Shown piece by piece: positions 29,920-43,548 of a stretch of DNA of 64,000 nt. The position numbers and the translations under genes are program-made. Each line of letters begins with the position of its first letter. The first letter of the stretch is position 1. The stretch is from assembly GCA_012295275.1 (NCBI GenBank), contig CM022667.1:10106001-10170000 (forward strand), written 5' to 3'. Below the pieces are notes generated by a model that did not search any database, was not told where the DNA came from, and saw only the letters and a program-made list of their open reading frames with translations. The stretch comes from Chrysomallon squamiferum. Lineage: Eukaryota; Animalia; Mollusca.

Positions 29920-30530
29920 TACCTATGCGAGAAAATTGCCAAATATGTTCCTTTTTATGAGCGAAGCTGCGAACAAAAATTAAAGAAAGATAACTCTGAA
30001 TTTGTCATCCTGAGGCGGCAACGGTACGTCATTTGAAATGCCAGGCCAAATAATATTTTATTTTTATAAGCTAATGTAAGTTGTTCGGTAACAACTGATA
30101 ATTTATCCCATACATTTTCTTTATTATATTGTTTTACCGGAGAGCTAATTCAGTTATTATCATATATCAGCCTAACTGACGGCACAGTGACCGTCGTTTT
30201 ACGTTCATGTTATTAAAAAATAACCCAAAATATATTATTGGTTCCGGAAAAAAAAAAAAAAAAAAAATGGAGAAAATTTTCACATAAATTACCTCATGTT
30301 CATTATATGTACGTAAATCTGCAAGAAAATTGTTTATGTTGAATTTGTTGTAATATTAATCTACATTAACTTTAATTCAGAGACAACTATAGCGTTCTGT
30401 CTGAAACCAGTGAAGGTTGTATAAAGTTTATATTATTATTATTATGATCATTAATATTATCTCATTACGTGTTTTTGTCGTTGTCTTTCTTTTTCTGTCT
30501 TTCTTTGCATTCTATTTTTATTTTTACAGA
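29920..30530. promoter_or_regulatory. Probable shared (bidirectional) promoter and 5'-UTR region of GSS and the sphingomyelinase gene
   Basis: The genes are divergent with start codons ~1.2 kb apart. A minus-strand donor (CATAG|GTATGG at ~29922) suggests a GSS non-coding first exon. A plus-strand acceptor at ~30529 precedes the SMPD ATG. Locally more CpG than the surroundings. Confidence 0.5.
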
Positions 30531-30576
30531 AAAGACTTGATGCCGTCTGATTCACGTCAGTTAACACAATACAACA

Positions 30577-31510
30577 ATGTTGTATACACAACTGTTTCCT
30601 GGCGGAGAGATTACCAGCTCGATTCTAAAATGCACGTTTCGTGCAACAGGTTATTTTGTTCATCCATTTACGTGGTCAGCAAGTCAGTTCCTAAGTCTGT
30701 TTCTCCCAACCACTGCGGAATTGGAAAAGCCGCACATAGTGATAGCTTACGCAACTTTGCTCTTCTTGCCACTATTTCTTGCCGTAATCTTCACCTTCCC
30801 CTTTTTCTTAATTGGCATGTTGGTTAGAATGCCGCTGCAGAGTTTGCGAGCTCCCTACATTTTTTCAGAGTCGTGGACACCGTACACAAAAGCCAGGTAC
30901 TACAAACGGAAACCACGTGATGAGTACTCCGTCCTCACAGCCAATGTGTGCCTGCTTCCCGAGTACCTGGCGAGATACAACAACCTTGCCAATGGAATTA
31001 AGAGAGCAACTCAGATAGGTCAAAGGATTATTGTCGATCAGCTGCTCTACGACGAAAGTCACGCAAAATCCAAAGAGCTACCCGCCCATTTAACCGAACT
31101 GCTGGAGAAACACAGAATCTTTCGCAAATCTGTCAACTTCTCTGCCAACAACAACAGCCAGGTGATTATTTCCGTGGTGACCACAGACATGGTTACCAGC
31201 ATCAAGCCTCACTTTAACCAGCTCGACTTCTTGTGTTTTCAGGAGTGCTGGTCAACCAGCATCATAAAAGGACTTGTCAGAGAGCTGCATCACCTCTACC
31301 CGTACGTCATCTACGACATCGCCGATTATGGCTGCACCACGAACATGTTCTGCCAGAACAGCGGCTTGATGTTTGCCAGTAAGTACAGTATTATAGATGC
31401 TGGATTCAGGGCATTTCCAACTACAAAAGGCAGGTTTGATTCTAAAGGCTTGCTGATGCTGAAGGTAAATTTTATTCCAGGAATTTATAAAGGGTATGGT
31501 CCATTTTATT

Positions 31511-31561
<51 letters not shown>

Positions 31562-31900
31562 TTTTTTTTTTAATGTCGTTATTTAGATATGGAACCGTCA
31601 GTTTGTTTGTTTGTTTGTTTCTTTCTTTCATTATGCCTATTTATTTATATATATATTTTTTCATATTTATTTAATTTTTTGTTCATTTACATAGTCATTT
31701 ATTTATATCATTTTTTATTTAAATATTTATTTATATCTTGGTTTTTATATTTACATCTTGGTTTATAAATATATATAATTTTATTTATTTATTTACATAT
31801 TTTTATATATATTTGTTTATTTTAAATATTTATTTATTCATATATTTTTATTTTAAAAGTGTATTTATTTATTTATTTATATCTTTGTTTATATATTTGT

Positions 31901-31931
<31 letters not shown>

Positions 31932-32661
31932 TATATTTTTTATATATTGATTTGTATCTTTGTTAATAAGATGTCATTATTTCAGAAAGTTGTGCATTTA
32001 ATCCTTTAATAAATTTTTATTGAAAACTGGTACAACACAAGTTAAGACTTTCATTAGTCTTATTGTTTTTAGTTACTGCTATTATTAATTTTAGAAATTA
32101 TTATTATTATTAGTTATTATTATTTTTATTTTTACTTTTTATTTTTATTTACACATATATTCATACCTACATATATGTATATTATTATTATTTTTGATTA
32201 TCAGATTCAGCTTAACAAAAATTGTGCTGGATATATATTTGTCACTCACCTAGAAGCTTTCCAAGGTAATCACTGAATTAAATAAATTCTGTAAATGTAT
32301 TCTGCAACATGCAATTAAGGTTTTATTTATTTATTTATTTTATTTTACTTTAATTATTGTTTTTTTTGTTTTATTTTTTTTTTTACTTTATTTTTTAAAT
32401 ATTTTTTTTTTTTACTAAATTTTTTTTTTTATTGATATATTTTTTAAATTAATTTTTATTTTATTTCATTTTTTATTTTTTATTTATTTATTTTTTTATT
32501 TTTTATTTTATTTTATTTTTTAATTTGCTTTACTTTATTTTTATTATTTTTATTTTTTTTATATATATATATTATCACTTTTGTTTCTAAAACAAATAAT
32601 TTTTATTTGTATATTTGTTTATTATTATTATTATTTTTATTTATTTTTTTTTTATTTAATT

Positions 32662-32701
<40 letters not shown>

Positions 32702-34445
32702 TGAAGTTAACACCAAAAGAATAGGAGGCTACAATTACATAAAATCTGAGTACTCCCATACTTAAATCCGTAGTCATGTTCTGGGTAGACAGTTTGCTCT
32801 AAACCATCTAGAAAAAAAAATAAAATAAGTCAGCTCTGTATGCAGTGATGTCCCCACCCCATCTCTAAAGGAATAAAACAAGGCAGCATTCACACTTTTT
32901 CACAGCATTATTTCATTATTACACTTTGTTATCAGAAATTACAGGTCAGCAAGAATGTATGTAACTTTGAACTATAATTTGTTTGTTACAGACTATTTGT
33001 TTGTACCACTGCTGATACATTTTAAACAGGTTCACAGGTTTATGTTTTCAGAAAGACAAAAATCTAGTGAATGATATCTTTAATTCATATACACACATAT
33101 AAATAGATGTCTCTAATTCTTGTAGATATATATAATTTCTGATATTATTGTATTTATCTTCATTTCTGTACACACTGCATTGTAAGAGATTCCTTGATGC
33201 TAACGACCAAAAATAATTTATGTAATTATGACAGAATGATTTCATTTCTTATACAGGCTCAGGATCCCTTATCTGAAATTCCAAAATCCCCAAGAGTCAA
33301 AAAGATTTTTGAATTAGCCAACATAGTGATAGTTTTTGGATGGTTTAGCATTGAAAAACATTGTTTCACACACTAAATTATAAAAAATGATGTATAAAAA
33401 AAAAATAACAGAAAGTCTGTATAAGATATGGTTGGATTTGTTTTGGTTTAGATTAATCCTTTTCTGTAGCTGTTTGTGCAAATCCAAACTGTTCTGGTCT
33501 CTAAAAGAATTTCTTGCCCTGTATTGTCGTTAAAGTAAAAAAAAACAAAAAAACAAAAAAATGATTTGTTCATCAAATAACATGAAAGGAACACGAAATA
33601 GGTTGAGATGTTGCTAAACAAATGTTCTGTAAATTCATTTATCCAGGTAAAGAGGATATTGCTTTGAATCAATTGGATGATATACTGGTGTGGACACATG
33701 AATTCAAAGTTTCCAGTCGACGTCCATACGAAGTGGTTCTCTTCGACATAATTTGCGGAGATTTCAACTTTGACAACATGTCACCTTGTAATATTTCTTT
33801 TTTTTTTTTTTTTTTTTCTTTTTCATAGTACATTTATTGAATTAAAAGATAAATAAAATATGTTATTGTTTTTAAAATATATCTACGTTTCGTTAATAAA
33901 TGTGTTGTTTCTTTTCATTTTCAAAGTACTGGTGGATTGAATTAAATGATAAATAGAACACTAACTTAAAAAAAAAATATATATATAAATTTATGTATAA
34001 GTAATAACTAATTCCTTTCTTCTGACTGATAAATAAAACATAGGTTTTTGAATAAATATGTGTGTTATATCCCTATGTCAGTAATACATGTTTCATTTCT
34101 TTTAAAGCTGTTAGTGTTGCCTGTATCAAAGAAAACAAAGATGAACATCTCCATTTCTTTCGTACAAGATGTTAATGTTAATTACAATGTTCTTTTTAGT
34201 GTTATTATTTGCATTCTTTTATTATTATTTAATTTTGTGTGTGTGTGTGTGTGTGCATGTGCGTGGGGATATTATTATTTTTATTTTTAATGTCCTGTTG
34301 TTTTTTTTTTCAAGTAATAGCAGCAACCTTCTAACCTTCTCTTTATTCTTTATATGTGTACATATGTGATTATTTGTGAAATGAATGACTGATTTCATTT
34401 ATTTATTTATTTATTTAGTTATGTTTAACTTTAAGACTCTAAACC

Positions 34446-34495
<50 letters not shown>

Positions 34496-35276
34496 TTCAT
34501 ACAGTCTAAACTGCCAGCATGATCTAACCGCTGATTTTACTTCAGACATCTATTCACAGGTGACAAAAAGAGTCAGCGTCACGTAATCTTCGACAGATAT
34601 TTAGACGTCGCGCGCAAGTATGCCGGAGAGGACCATTCTTGGACAATAGGGACGGTGCTGCGACAGCAGTATCTCCACGATGTTGAGTTTCCCACCCCGA
34701 AGCCATGAGACACACCTTCCAGAACCTCGACACTCGATCGAGTTACATCCTGGATGCGCGTCTGCGCCATGGCACGTTGCACGAGATCCGCAAACAGGAG
34801 GAAGAGGTTGATGATGATGGAAAGCCAGTAGCACATGCATTCAGTGGGAAAAGAAGAACTGATTATATATTGTGCAGAAATAATATTCCATTGGTATTTT
34901 TGTTTTATTTATTCATATATTTATTTATTTATTTATTTTTGTTTTTTAATTTTTATTATTATTATTTTTTAATTTTTAATTTTTTAAATTAATAATTAAT
35001 TTAATTTTCTTAATTAATAATTAATTTTTTTTTTTTTTTATTTATTTATTTTTTTATTTTTATTAAATTTGTTTTTTATTATTTATTTCCTTTTTATTTA
35101 CATAATTTTAATCATGATTTCATTTGCGTTACGTTTTTCTTTTTTTTTTTTTCTCAGAATAACGTACTTTTTATTTGTCTGGTTTTCAGATTGTAGAACA
35201 CTTTAACTTTTTGACGAGGCTTGCAACCTTAACTGACCATGTCCCAGTTTCAATGACCTTCAAAGTCAGTCCATAA
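30577..35276 (+). CDS. Neutral sphingomyelinase, SMPD3/SMPD5 (nSMase2/MA-nSMase)-like, EEP-fold phosphodiesterase
   Basis: Exons 30577-31464 (N-terminal hydrophobic segments, TANVCLLPEYLARYNNL, DFLCFQE, NSGLMFASKY, SKGLLMLK), 32205-32265 (THLEA), 33647-33787 (CGDFNFDN), 34560-34893 (WTIGT..GKRRTDYIL), 35190-35276 (LTDHVPV, stop). An apparent 1-nt deletion in the C-run at 34695-34698 interrupts exon 4. Confidence 0.88.
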
Positions 35277-36306
35277 AATCAAAGAATGAACAGTTGAAAT
35301 TTCGAATGTAGTATATTTAGACTTCTTTATATCTTCTTTTTAAATAACTGGGTAATGTTAATTACATTTATTTTGTTTTCAGTTTATTTACTTATTTAAT
35401 TTTATTTATTTATTTATTTATTTATTTTGTTTTCAATTTATGTACTTACTTAATTTTACTTATTTATTTATTAATTTATTTATTTATTTATACATAGATC
35501 ATGAGCGGAGTTTATCATTTAAATAATCTGTCTCTGTTAGAAAAACTGTTTTTATTTCAGTGATAGTAATAGTAAAAAATAAATTATAGTCAGATCTGAA
35601 GTTTAAAGAAATGGTGTTTATTTTAATATGTGTAGCTTTATATTCAGTCAGACGTTACTTACAGTCTTTTAATGATTTTCTCTTAAAAGAGTTGTAAATG
35701 GTTATTTTATTTATTACTATATGAAGGTTAATAAATTCAGTCAAAGGGCATTTATTTTCCTTGTTTCATTAATAGAGAATAGACAATCCTAAGATTACAT
35801 GAGTAATGTTATATAATTATCTTTTGTTAATACAGAAGTCAAACGTCTAATCTACTGAAACATATATTTATATATACCCAGGTTTCAGTGTTTAACAAAG
35901 ACAAAATTATCTACCTTTGTCACGTACTCGTCTGCCACTTTAAAAAACTAACTTTACATAAAAATAAAGACATTTTCTGCAAATATATCACTGATGGTAA
36001 TTACAAAACATTTAAAATAATTAAATCATAGCCAGCATAATTAAAGTAATGGGCATAACATTAAAATACACATTATACATGTTTACATAAATAAGAATAT
36101 AACATAAAGACACATCGCAATATAACAGTGAAAATGGTCTGAGAATGTTTATTCTCTGGCCAATGTGTCATCAGTGATATTGTCCTTGCCAGCAATGTGA
36201 TTACTGTTTTGACAGCCATAACTAGGGTAGTATCTTTACATAAGTTATAAGGTTTAAACAGCTTAACGTGACTTTACCTTGTCCCTCTGCATCGATTTGG
36301 TTATTA

Positions 36307-36354
<48 letters not shown>

Positions 36355-39300
36355 GTTAAATATAGTCCTAAATATAAATAATGCAATGATGATTTTTTGT
36401 ATTCGTAAATACATTAATATTTAATGATTTGGTTAAAAAAGTATGTAAAAACCTTTTTATCAAATTTATTTTTTGATTGTAATTAGACCTTGTACTAAAT
36501 GTTTTTGTGCCAACTGAATTGCCAGCCATAAACTTATCTTTTATCTCAGAAGTATGTTTAAACAAATTATTAGACAGATTTGCCTATAACCAATTGTCTT
36601 TAACTAGTTCGAGAGGGCTTCTTGGGGATATGCTCGAACGCTAATTCCAATGGAATGAAACCTAATAATTCTTGTTTTGAATACCTACCCACAAACAACA
36701 AGATTGATTATGGTATGTACCCAGATCGAACTTAACGAATATCAAGGAAATTCATAACCCGGCTGAACAACTGGATGTGATATTAGAATTGTGGATGGGC
36801 CATGGTTAGGTATGTTGTGACTGACCTAGTGACTATACAGGCAGTTATTTTACAAAGCAGGATGGCTTTGGTATATCAGATGTTTACACGAATAATCATT
36901 AAAAAAAATTGACTTCCCTGATGCGCAAAAGTAGCCACAATATCTACAGTCACTTTTATCTTCGTAGACTTTGAAATAGCAAATGACAGGATAGCCAGAG
37001 ATTCAGTGATGAAGTGCAAGGAATAAAGTCAGTTTTAACTAATTCATATTCATAAAACCTATTTAAAAAAACAACAAATAGAAACTGAAAATAAACAGAT
37101 AAATTAAAATAATTATTAAAAATAATAATAAAAATAAAATAATTATTAAAAATAATAATAAAAAATAAAATAAAATAAAATAAACACAAATAAAAAGGAA
37201 TTAATTCATTGAAAATAAAAAAAGAAAATAAATATTTATAATTAAAAATAAGATAATAAAATGAATAAATAAATAAGTACAAAGTAAATACATAATGAAG
37301 GTAAGAAAACACTTTAAAAACTTTAAAAGATTAATAAAATAAAAACGAATAAACAAACAAATACTGGAAGAAATAAAGAATTATTTAATCAGTTATAAAA
37401 ATGAAAAATAAATAAATAAAATATTTAATTAATTAATAAACAAACCAACAGTAAATAAAATTATTTAATTACGAAAACATTACTTAATTCTTATATAAAT
37501 AAATAATAAAGAAAAACAATTAAAAAATTTAATTAAATATCAACAAATAAATGAACGAATAACTGAACTGTGATTTAAATGAATGAAATATAAATAAATG
37601 AAATAATTGTAAATAAAAAAAAAGGAAGATAAAAACTATGAATAAACAAACAAATAAATATATAAATGAATAAATAAATAAATAAATAAAATAAACAGTT
37701 ATATAAATATAAGAAGTAAAAACAAAAATTAAATTTAAAGATTAAAACTAAGTAAGTTAATTATATATATATATATATAATTAAATAAAAAATAAACAAA
37801 ACAGGAAGAAATAAATAAAAATATAAACAGTAATTAACAAAATATAAAAGTAAAAAAAATAAAATGAAATAAATAAATAAATAAATAATGAATGAATTAA
37901 TTAATTATAAGCAAATAACTATATATAAATAACTAATTCCTAAATACGTAAAAACAAATATTGAAAATAAAGACAAAATTAAAATATCTCAATAAACAAA
38001 TAAATAAACAAAACAAATAAAAAAGAATCAAATCATCAATGAAATATTTAAAAATAAAAATTAAATACAAATAAATAAATAATTAAATAACCAAAGAAAT
38101 AGAGAAACAAAACAACAATGAAAGAAAGAATTGCATAAAAGAATTAATAATAAATAAAATAATCGTAAATTAACAGAAATTAAAAAGTGAATTAATAAAT
38201 GAAAAAGCAAATAATTGATAAATTAATTGATTAGTTAAATGTAAATAATTATATATAAATAACTAATTCATAAACACATAAATAATAAAAATAAAAATAA
38301 AAATAACAATAATCGAATAAAAAGAATCAGTTTGTTATCAACAAAGAAAAAAATAAAATTAAAAAAAAAGAAAAGAAAAGAGTTAAAATAAAATAAAGAT
38401 AAATAAATAAATAAATAAACTATCAATAAATAAACAAGCAAAGAAAATAAAATTATAACCTTCATAGTATAACCTTCATAGTCTATAAAAACTAGAATAA
38501 AAATGGTTGTTTAAATAACAGGATAATTTTAATTACATTCTTAATAAATTATTAATATATTTTTATTTTTATCTTTTCCATCAAAGACTATGGGGCAATG
38601 TTTCTCTTTTAAATTATCTGAGTTTCTGTGATGTCACTGAGAGCTATTCTGTGACAATTAAATTACAAAGATACCAAGGTTTAAAATAAATAAAACAGAT
38701 AATATTTATCAACATGTAAATGTTAATATTTTCAGTCAAATTTCACTCTTTCATCTAATTATTTTCTTTTAAAGGTTTAATATATATAGTTTAATAAATT
38801 AATTTAGATGTATTCATAATAATTATTCACTGAATAATTTAAGGTTGTTTTTAATGTGTTATTTATTTACAGATATTGTAACATGAGTGAGCATGAAATT
38901 AGATTGAGGTGTATTCCTCATGACAAGAATACAAAAAAACAACAACAAAAATAGAATAATAAAAAACACATTAAGATGTAGCAAACCTACGGATTTATTC
39001 ATTTTACAGGGAAAATTAAAATTATAAATCAGTAAATGAAATTCAGTAAATTTTATGCAATATCATAAATAAGTAATCAAGATACTGGAATATTCTGAGG
39101 AAGGTTAGAGCATAACAGACCAGTACAACCACCAGAACCAAACATTTCCACAAATGATGAACTCATAATCTCGCTGTGATGTTCTGAAACTGAAGAAACT
39201 TGAGCCAGAAAATCCATTCTGTTTTATTTTATGTCCTAAGCAACAAACAAGTATGTCCTTAATGTCACAGAACTGTTCTTTCTACTGACCTTTGGCTCCG

Positions 39301-39399
39301 TGTATGCATAAGTTTCCCTTGAACAATCACCAACTCTGGCCACGTTACTTTCAGTTCAGTGATTATATTATACATATTTCCTGATAATACATATTTCTA

Positions 39400-39880
39400 A
39401 AAACTCACTAGCAATAAAATAAAGGAATAAATTATCAAGTTAAAGAAAAGTGTAAATTATCGCAAATACAGATAAAACTGCAATAAAATAAAGGAATCAG
39501 TATTAATATAAATAAAAAAGATATGAATTATTATAAATAAATATAAACACTAATAAGCTAAAGGAATCAGTTATAACATTAGACAACTGTGAATTATTAC
39601 CAATAAACCTAAATACTAATAAAGTACAGGAATCAGTTATAACATTAGTGAAAGTTAGGAATCATTATAAATAAATCTAAATAGTAATAAAATAATGGAA
39701 TCAATTATATAACATTATTGACAAATACGAATAACTACACATTAATCTAATTATTAATAAATAAAGGAATCAAGTATCATTTTAGTGAAAATATAAAATA
39801 ACACACAAACACACAAAAAGATAAACAGCAATAAAATAAAGATATTAGTTATCACATTGAAAAGTTCAAACTATCACATA
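39400..39880. repeat. ~55-60 bp minisatellite 3' of SAMHD1 paralog B (core AATAAAATAAAGGAAT); also at ~62050-62500 and, inverted, ~59760-59960
   Basis: Recurring AATAAAnnnAAGGAATCAnTTAT units just downstream of the stop codons of B, C and D. Confidence 0.65.
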
Positions 39881-39948
39881 TATAAAAAAGATATATATGT
39901 AGTTTAAGTTCATCTAAGATTAAAACACTCATCTTCCTCTTTGAATTT

Positions 39949-40373
39949 TTATTCCGCAGTACTTGTGCTAAGTATCCACTGCGGATCTGTAATAATAAAC
40001 AAAAATGTACTTTAAAAAACAAAGAATTACAAAGAAGACTTACCCATGAAAGAGGGCCAACAAATATTTAGAAAATAAAAAACAAATCCATTAATTAATA
40101 AAGAGAAAAGTTATATATTACTGACTTTATATTAATTCTATAAATACTAGTTAAAAGGTAAACGAAATAGGATGCTGAGAAAATAATTCTCTTATTTGGG
40201 GAGATTTCTTTTATTTTTATTGATTGATTATTTTTCATACCTCCAATTCCCTTCTCGTTACACATTTTTTTAAAGTAACGAAAGAGATTTCTTTGTTTCT
40301 CTTCATCGTTATCTTTGCAGAAAACGTAGATAACACGTTCTGAAAAGTGGTCCGGTAGCAGACGTGAAACCTA

Positions 40374-40423
<50 letters not shown>

Positions 40424-43333
40424 GTAAATAAAAAAGAAAATAAAGATAAACGAAAAAAGGAACAATAAATAAATAAATAAATTAATATACATGACCTATT
40501 CAACGGCTCTTCTATATTAATCATGGATGTTGGTGTACATAAGGGATCGTACTTTTATATTTGCCTTAACGTACCTTGGATTTTTCTAGTTTAAAAGCTT
40601 TATCAGGCTGTGCTTTTGAGTAGAAAAACACATTTTCAACAGGATTTTCTTCCTTCATCCCATAGTCAAATTTCAGTTCCTATTAAACATAAAGAGAGTT
40701 TTGTAAAAAATAGTGAATCTGCCTAACTTTATGCAATTTTAACGAATATAGTATTAAAATCCAGATATTCTTTGATAACAAAATCATTCAGTAATTTTCC
40801 AATTCTAATATATATATATATTTGCAACATTAAAATAGTTTAGTGTATTCTTTATTAACGAAATAATTTAGAAATTTTCAACATTCTAATATATATATTA
40901 GAATGTTGAAAATTTCTATACAAACAAAATATATATAAACTCGGCGGATTACCATTTCATAACAGCCTTCAACGTGTTCTTTCCGCTTCTCTTCTTCTGT
41001 CATGCCACTAATTACCTTTTGAATTTTACTGAACTAAAATAAACAACAGCCAAACATTACGACTCTTTCTTCTGTTTTTTCCTTCAAATATATTTTTTTT
41101 CAAATTTGTTTTTCCATTTGGGCTTTTTCTGTCTTAGAACTCTGTGACAAACTTTAGTTTCCCAAGAAAACAGATTCAATTTTATATTTTTTTACTGCAA
41201 ACAAATATTTTTTCCCTTATTTTTGTTAAAAATGCTGATTTATTTTCGTCAAATTTAACGATTTTGTGCATTATTACCAATTAAAACAAATGACAGCTAC
41301 CAAAGAAAATTTATTGTAAAATCATTAAATAAAAGCCAGACAACCTCAGTTTCCGTCAGGTACGGACTTTGTGCAACACATTTGTCCGCTTTCCTTTCCA
41401 TGATTCTTTTCACAATGTTTCTTGCATCCTCAAGTTCTTTACTTTCAGAAAACAGAATTTTCGTGAACACGTCATCTGTCAGTTTCCCGTAGGCCACTGG
41501 ATCGTCAATACATTCAGACATCTTTCTTTTTGTTCTGTAAAATACAATAAGTGTAGATGAGGTGATATTTTATGCTCATATGTACCATATACCGCTAATG
41601 AAGACAAATGATTATTTCTACCAGGGTTCGACATTAATGACTTTCTAGTCTATACAACAAGATCTGGATGAGATTTTTATCATCTATGCCACACACTGGT
41701 TTCACTAAAGAAGAAAAAGTTAGAACTGGAGATTACATGTTTTGGTAATGCTATGGACAATGATAAGTCAGTCATCAAATTAGCATTTCTATATTTTAAG
41801 TATTTTTGTTTTTAATTGTATTAAATTGATATTTCTGGCATACACACTGGCATTCTATATACATCAATGAACTGAATTATATTACAATAAACGATTCTGG
41901 TTAAAAACAATGTATGTTTCTTAAATATAGTTTAGAGGATCATCAACAAAGTTATATCAAAATAACAAGCGAAAGGATGTATGGTCTTTATTAGATATCA
42001 AAAATTATTAAATTATATCCTGCGTACTTTGAACTGCCTAACCCTTTATTTTTGTGGAGAAGCGAACTAGTTAACTACAACAATATCAAGCATAACGGGT
42101 AATATCAGTTGTTAATGTGAAACATAGCAAGGTAAATCAAATTCAGTATCGAAATGCCACAAACACATCAATAACAAGATGAATTCAAAAATACAAATCA
42201 TCAAAGATACATAATATATACAGTAACGAAACATATTAAATATACAAAAGCATAAATATATCTGTATTTTTAAACACCACCACCACCAACAAGTAACTAA
42301 GTCACTAAATAAGTAGATAAATAAATAAATAAAATAATTATAATTATAAGAGTGAAAATAGAAATGTAATTCTTAATTTCAGTATCTTTATTTGCAATCA
42401 AATTACTCTCTTTCTGCTGAACTATTAATTTATTATTTATTCTCTATAAGTATGTTCCATAGAATATTAAAACAAAAATCATTTAAGATTTTGTTTGAAA
42501 CATAACAATTTTACCTTCATTCAGTTAAATGATAAAAACAAATTACAAAGTATAGATCAGTACATTTTCAGAATATATCATTTATTCTAAATAATTTTGT
42601 TTCAAGGATATTAATACAATTGATGTCATTTCCAGCATGATAATTCTAACATAGCTCATGTCGATAACAAAACTAAAATAAAAAATATGAGAAATACAAG
42701 TTTTAGCAGTGTAATTTCAGAGATACAATAATGTAGACTCACCCTTGTCTTCCTTCAATGAATATATGATCATTTGCTTTTTCGAAAGCTTGGGCCAACC
42801 TAAAAACGCAAGAGTTAGTAAATTTGTAATATCTGTGAAAAAGTGAAAACAAATTTTGTCTGACCTGCTGATAATAAATTTTCTGCCGATAATGATAGGT
42901 ACATATGTCACTTTAAAAGCTCCACTTCTGTAACATGGAAGATTTTTTCTTCTTTTTTAATACTACTACTACTACTACTACTAACAATAATAACAACAAC
43001 AACAACAACAACACTAATAATAATAATTACTATTATTATTATTATTTAGAACTAAAATAACAAAAAATAACGCATTTATGAAAGTAAACATTTTTGTTTA
43101 CATGACAGCAGTATTTAATACATTTTGCAAAAATATTTCAGCAGAAATAAACTCACATATGCTCGAACGTGCTGGTCATTCTGTGTTTGGAGGCTCGTCT
43201 GTGAATTTCATAGCGTGTTTGAAACAGGTCGTAGATATGTAAGGCCTCCTGTTAATAAGTTACAATATATCAACAGTTTTTCTGTATTTGTTGAACATGT
43301 CCCTGTTATCTTAAGACAGTAACGAGTTATTCC

Positions 43334-43378
<45 letters not shown>

Positions 43379-43513
43379 CAGATAGAGAGACAGACAGACA
43401 CAGATATATCAAATGTCGAGAAAGCTTTAAATTTTATGGATAAAGATGATTTCAAATTTGAAAAAAGTTTGAAACCAATACCAAAAAAAAAAAAAAAAAA
43501 AAACCATTGTGAT

Positions 43514-43548
<35 letters not shown>

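Noticed and set aside
36370-37060. Complex-sequence island with a minus-strand acceptor near 37060
   Set aside because: Stops in all frames and no homology recognised. It may be a non-coding 3' exon of paralog B, but this is unsupported.
39400-39880. Regularly spaced repeat units superficially like a CRISPR array (also 2312-2630)
   Set aside because: Units are degenerate with related rather than unique spacers, the context is eukaryotic and intron-containing, and there are no cas genes. These are ordinary minisatellites.
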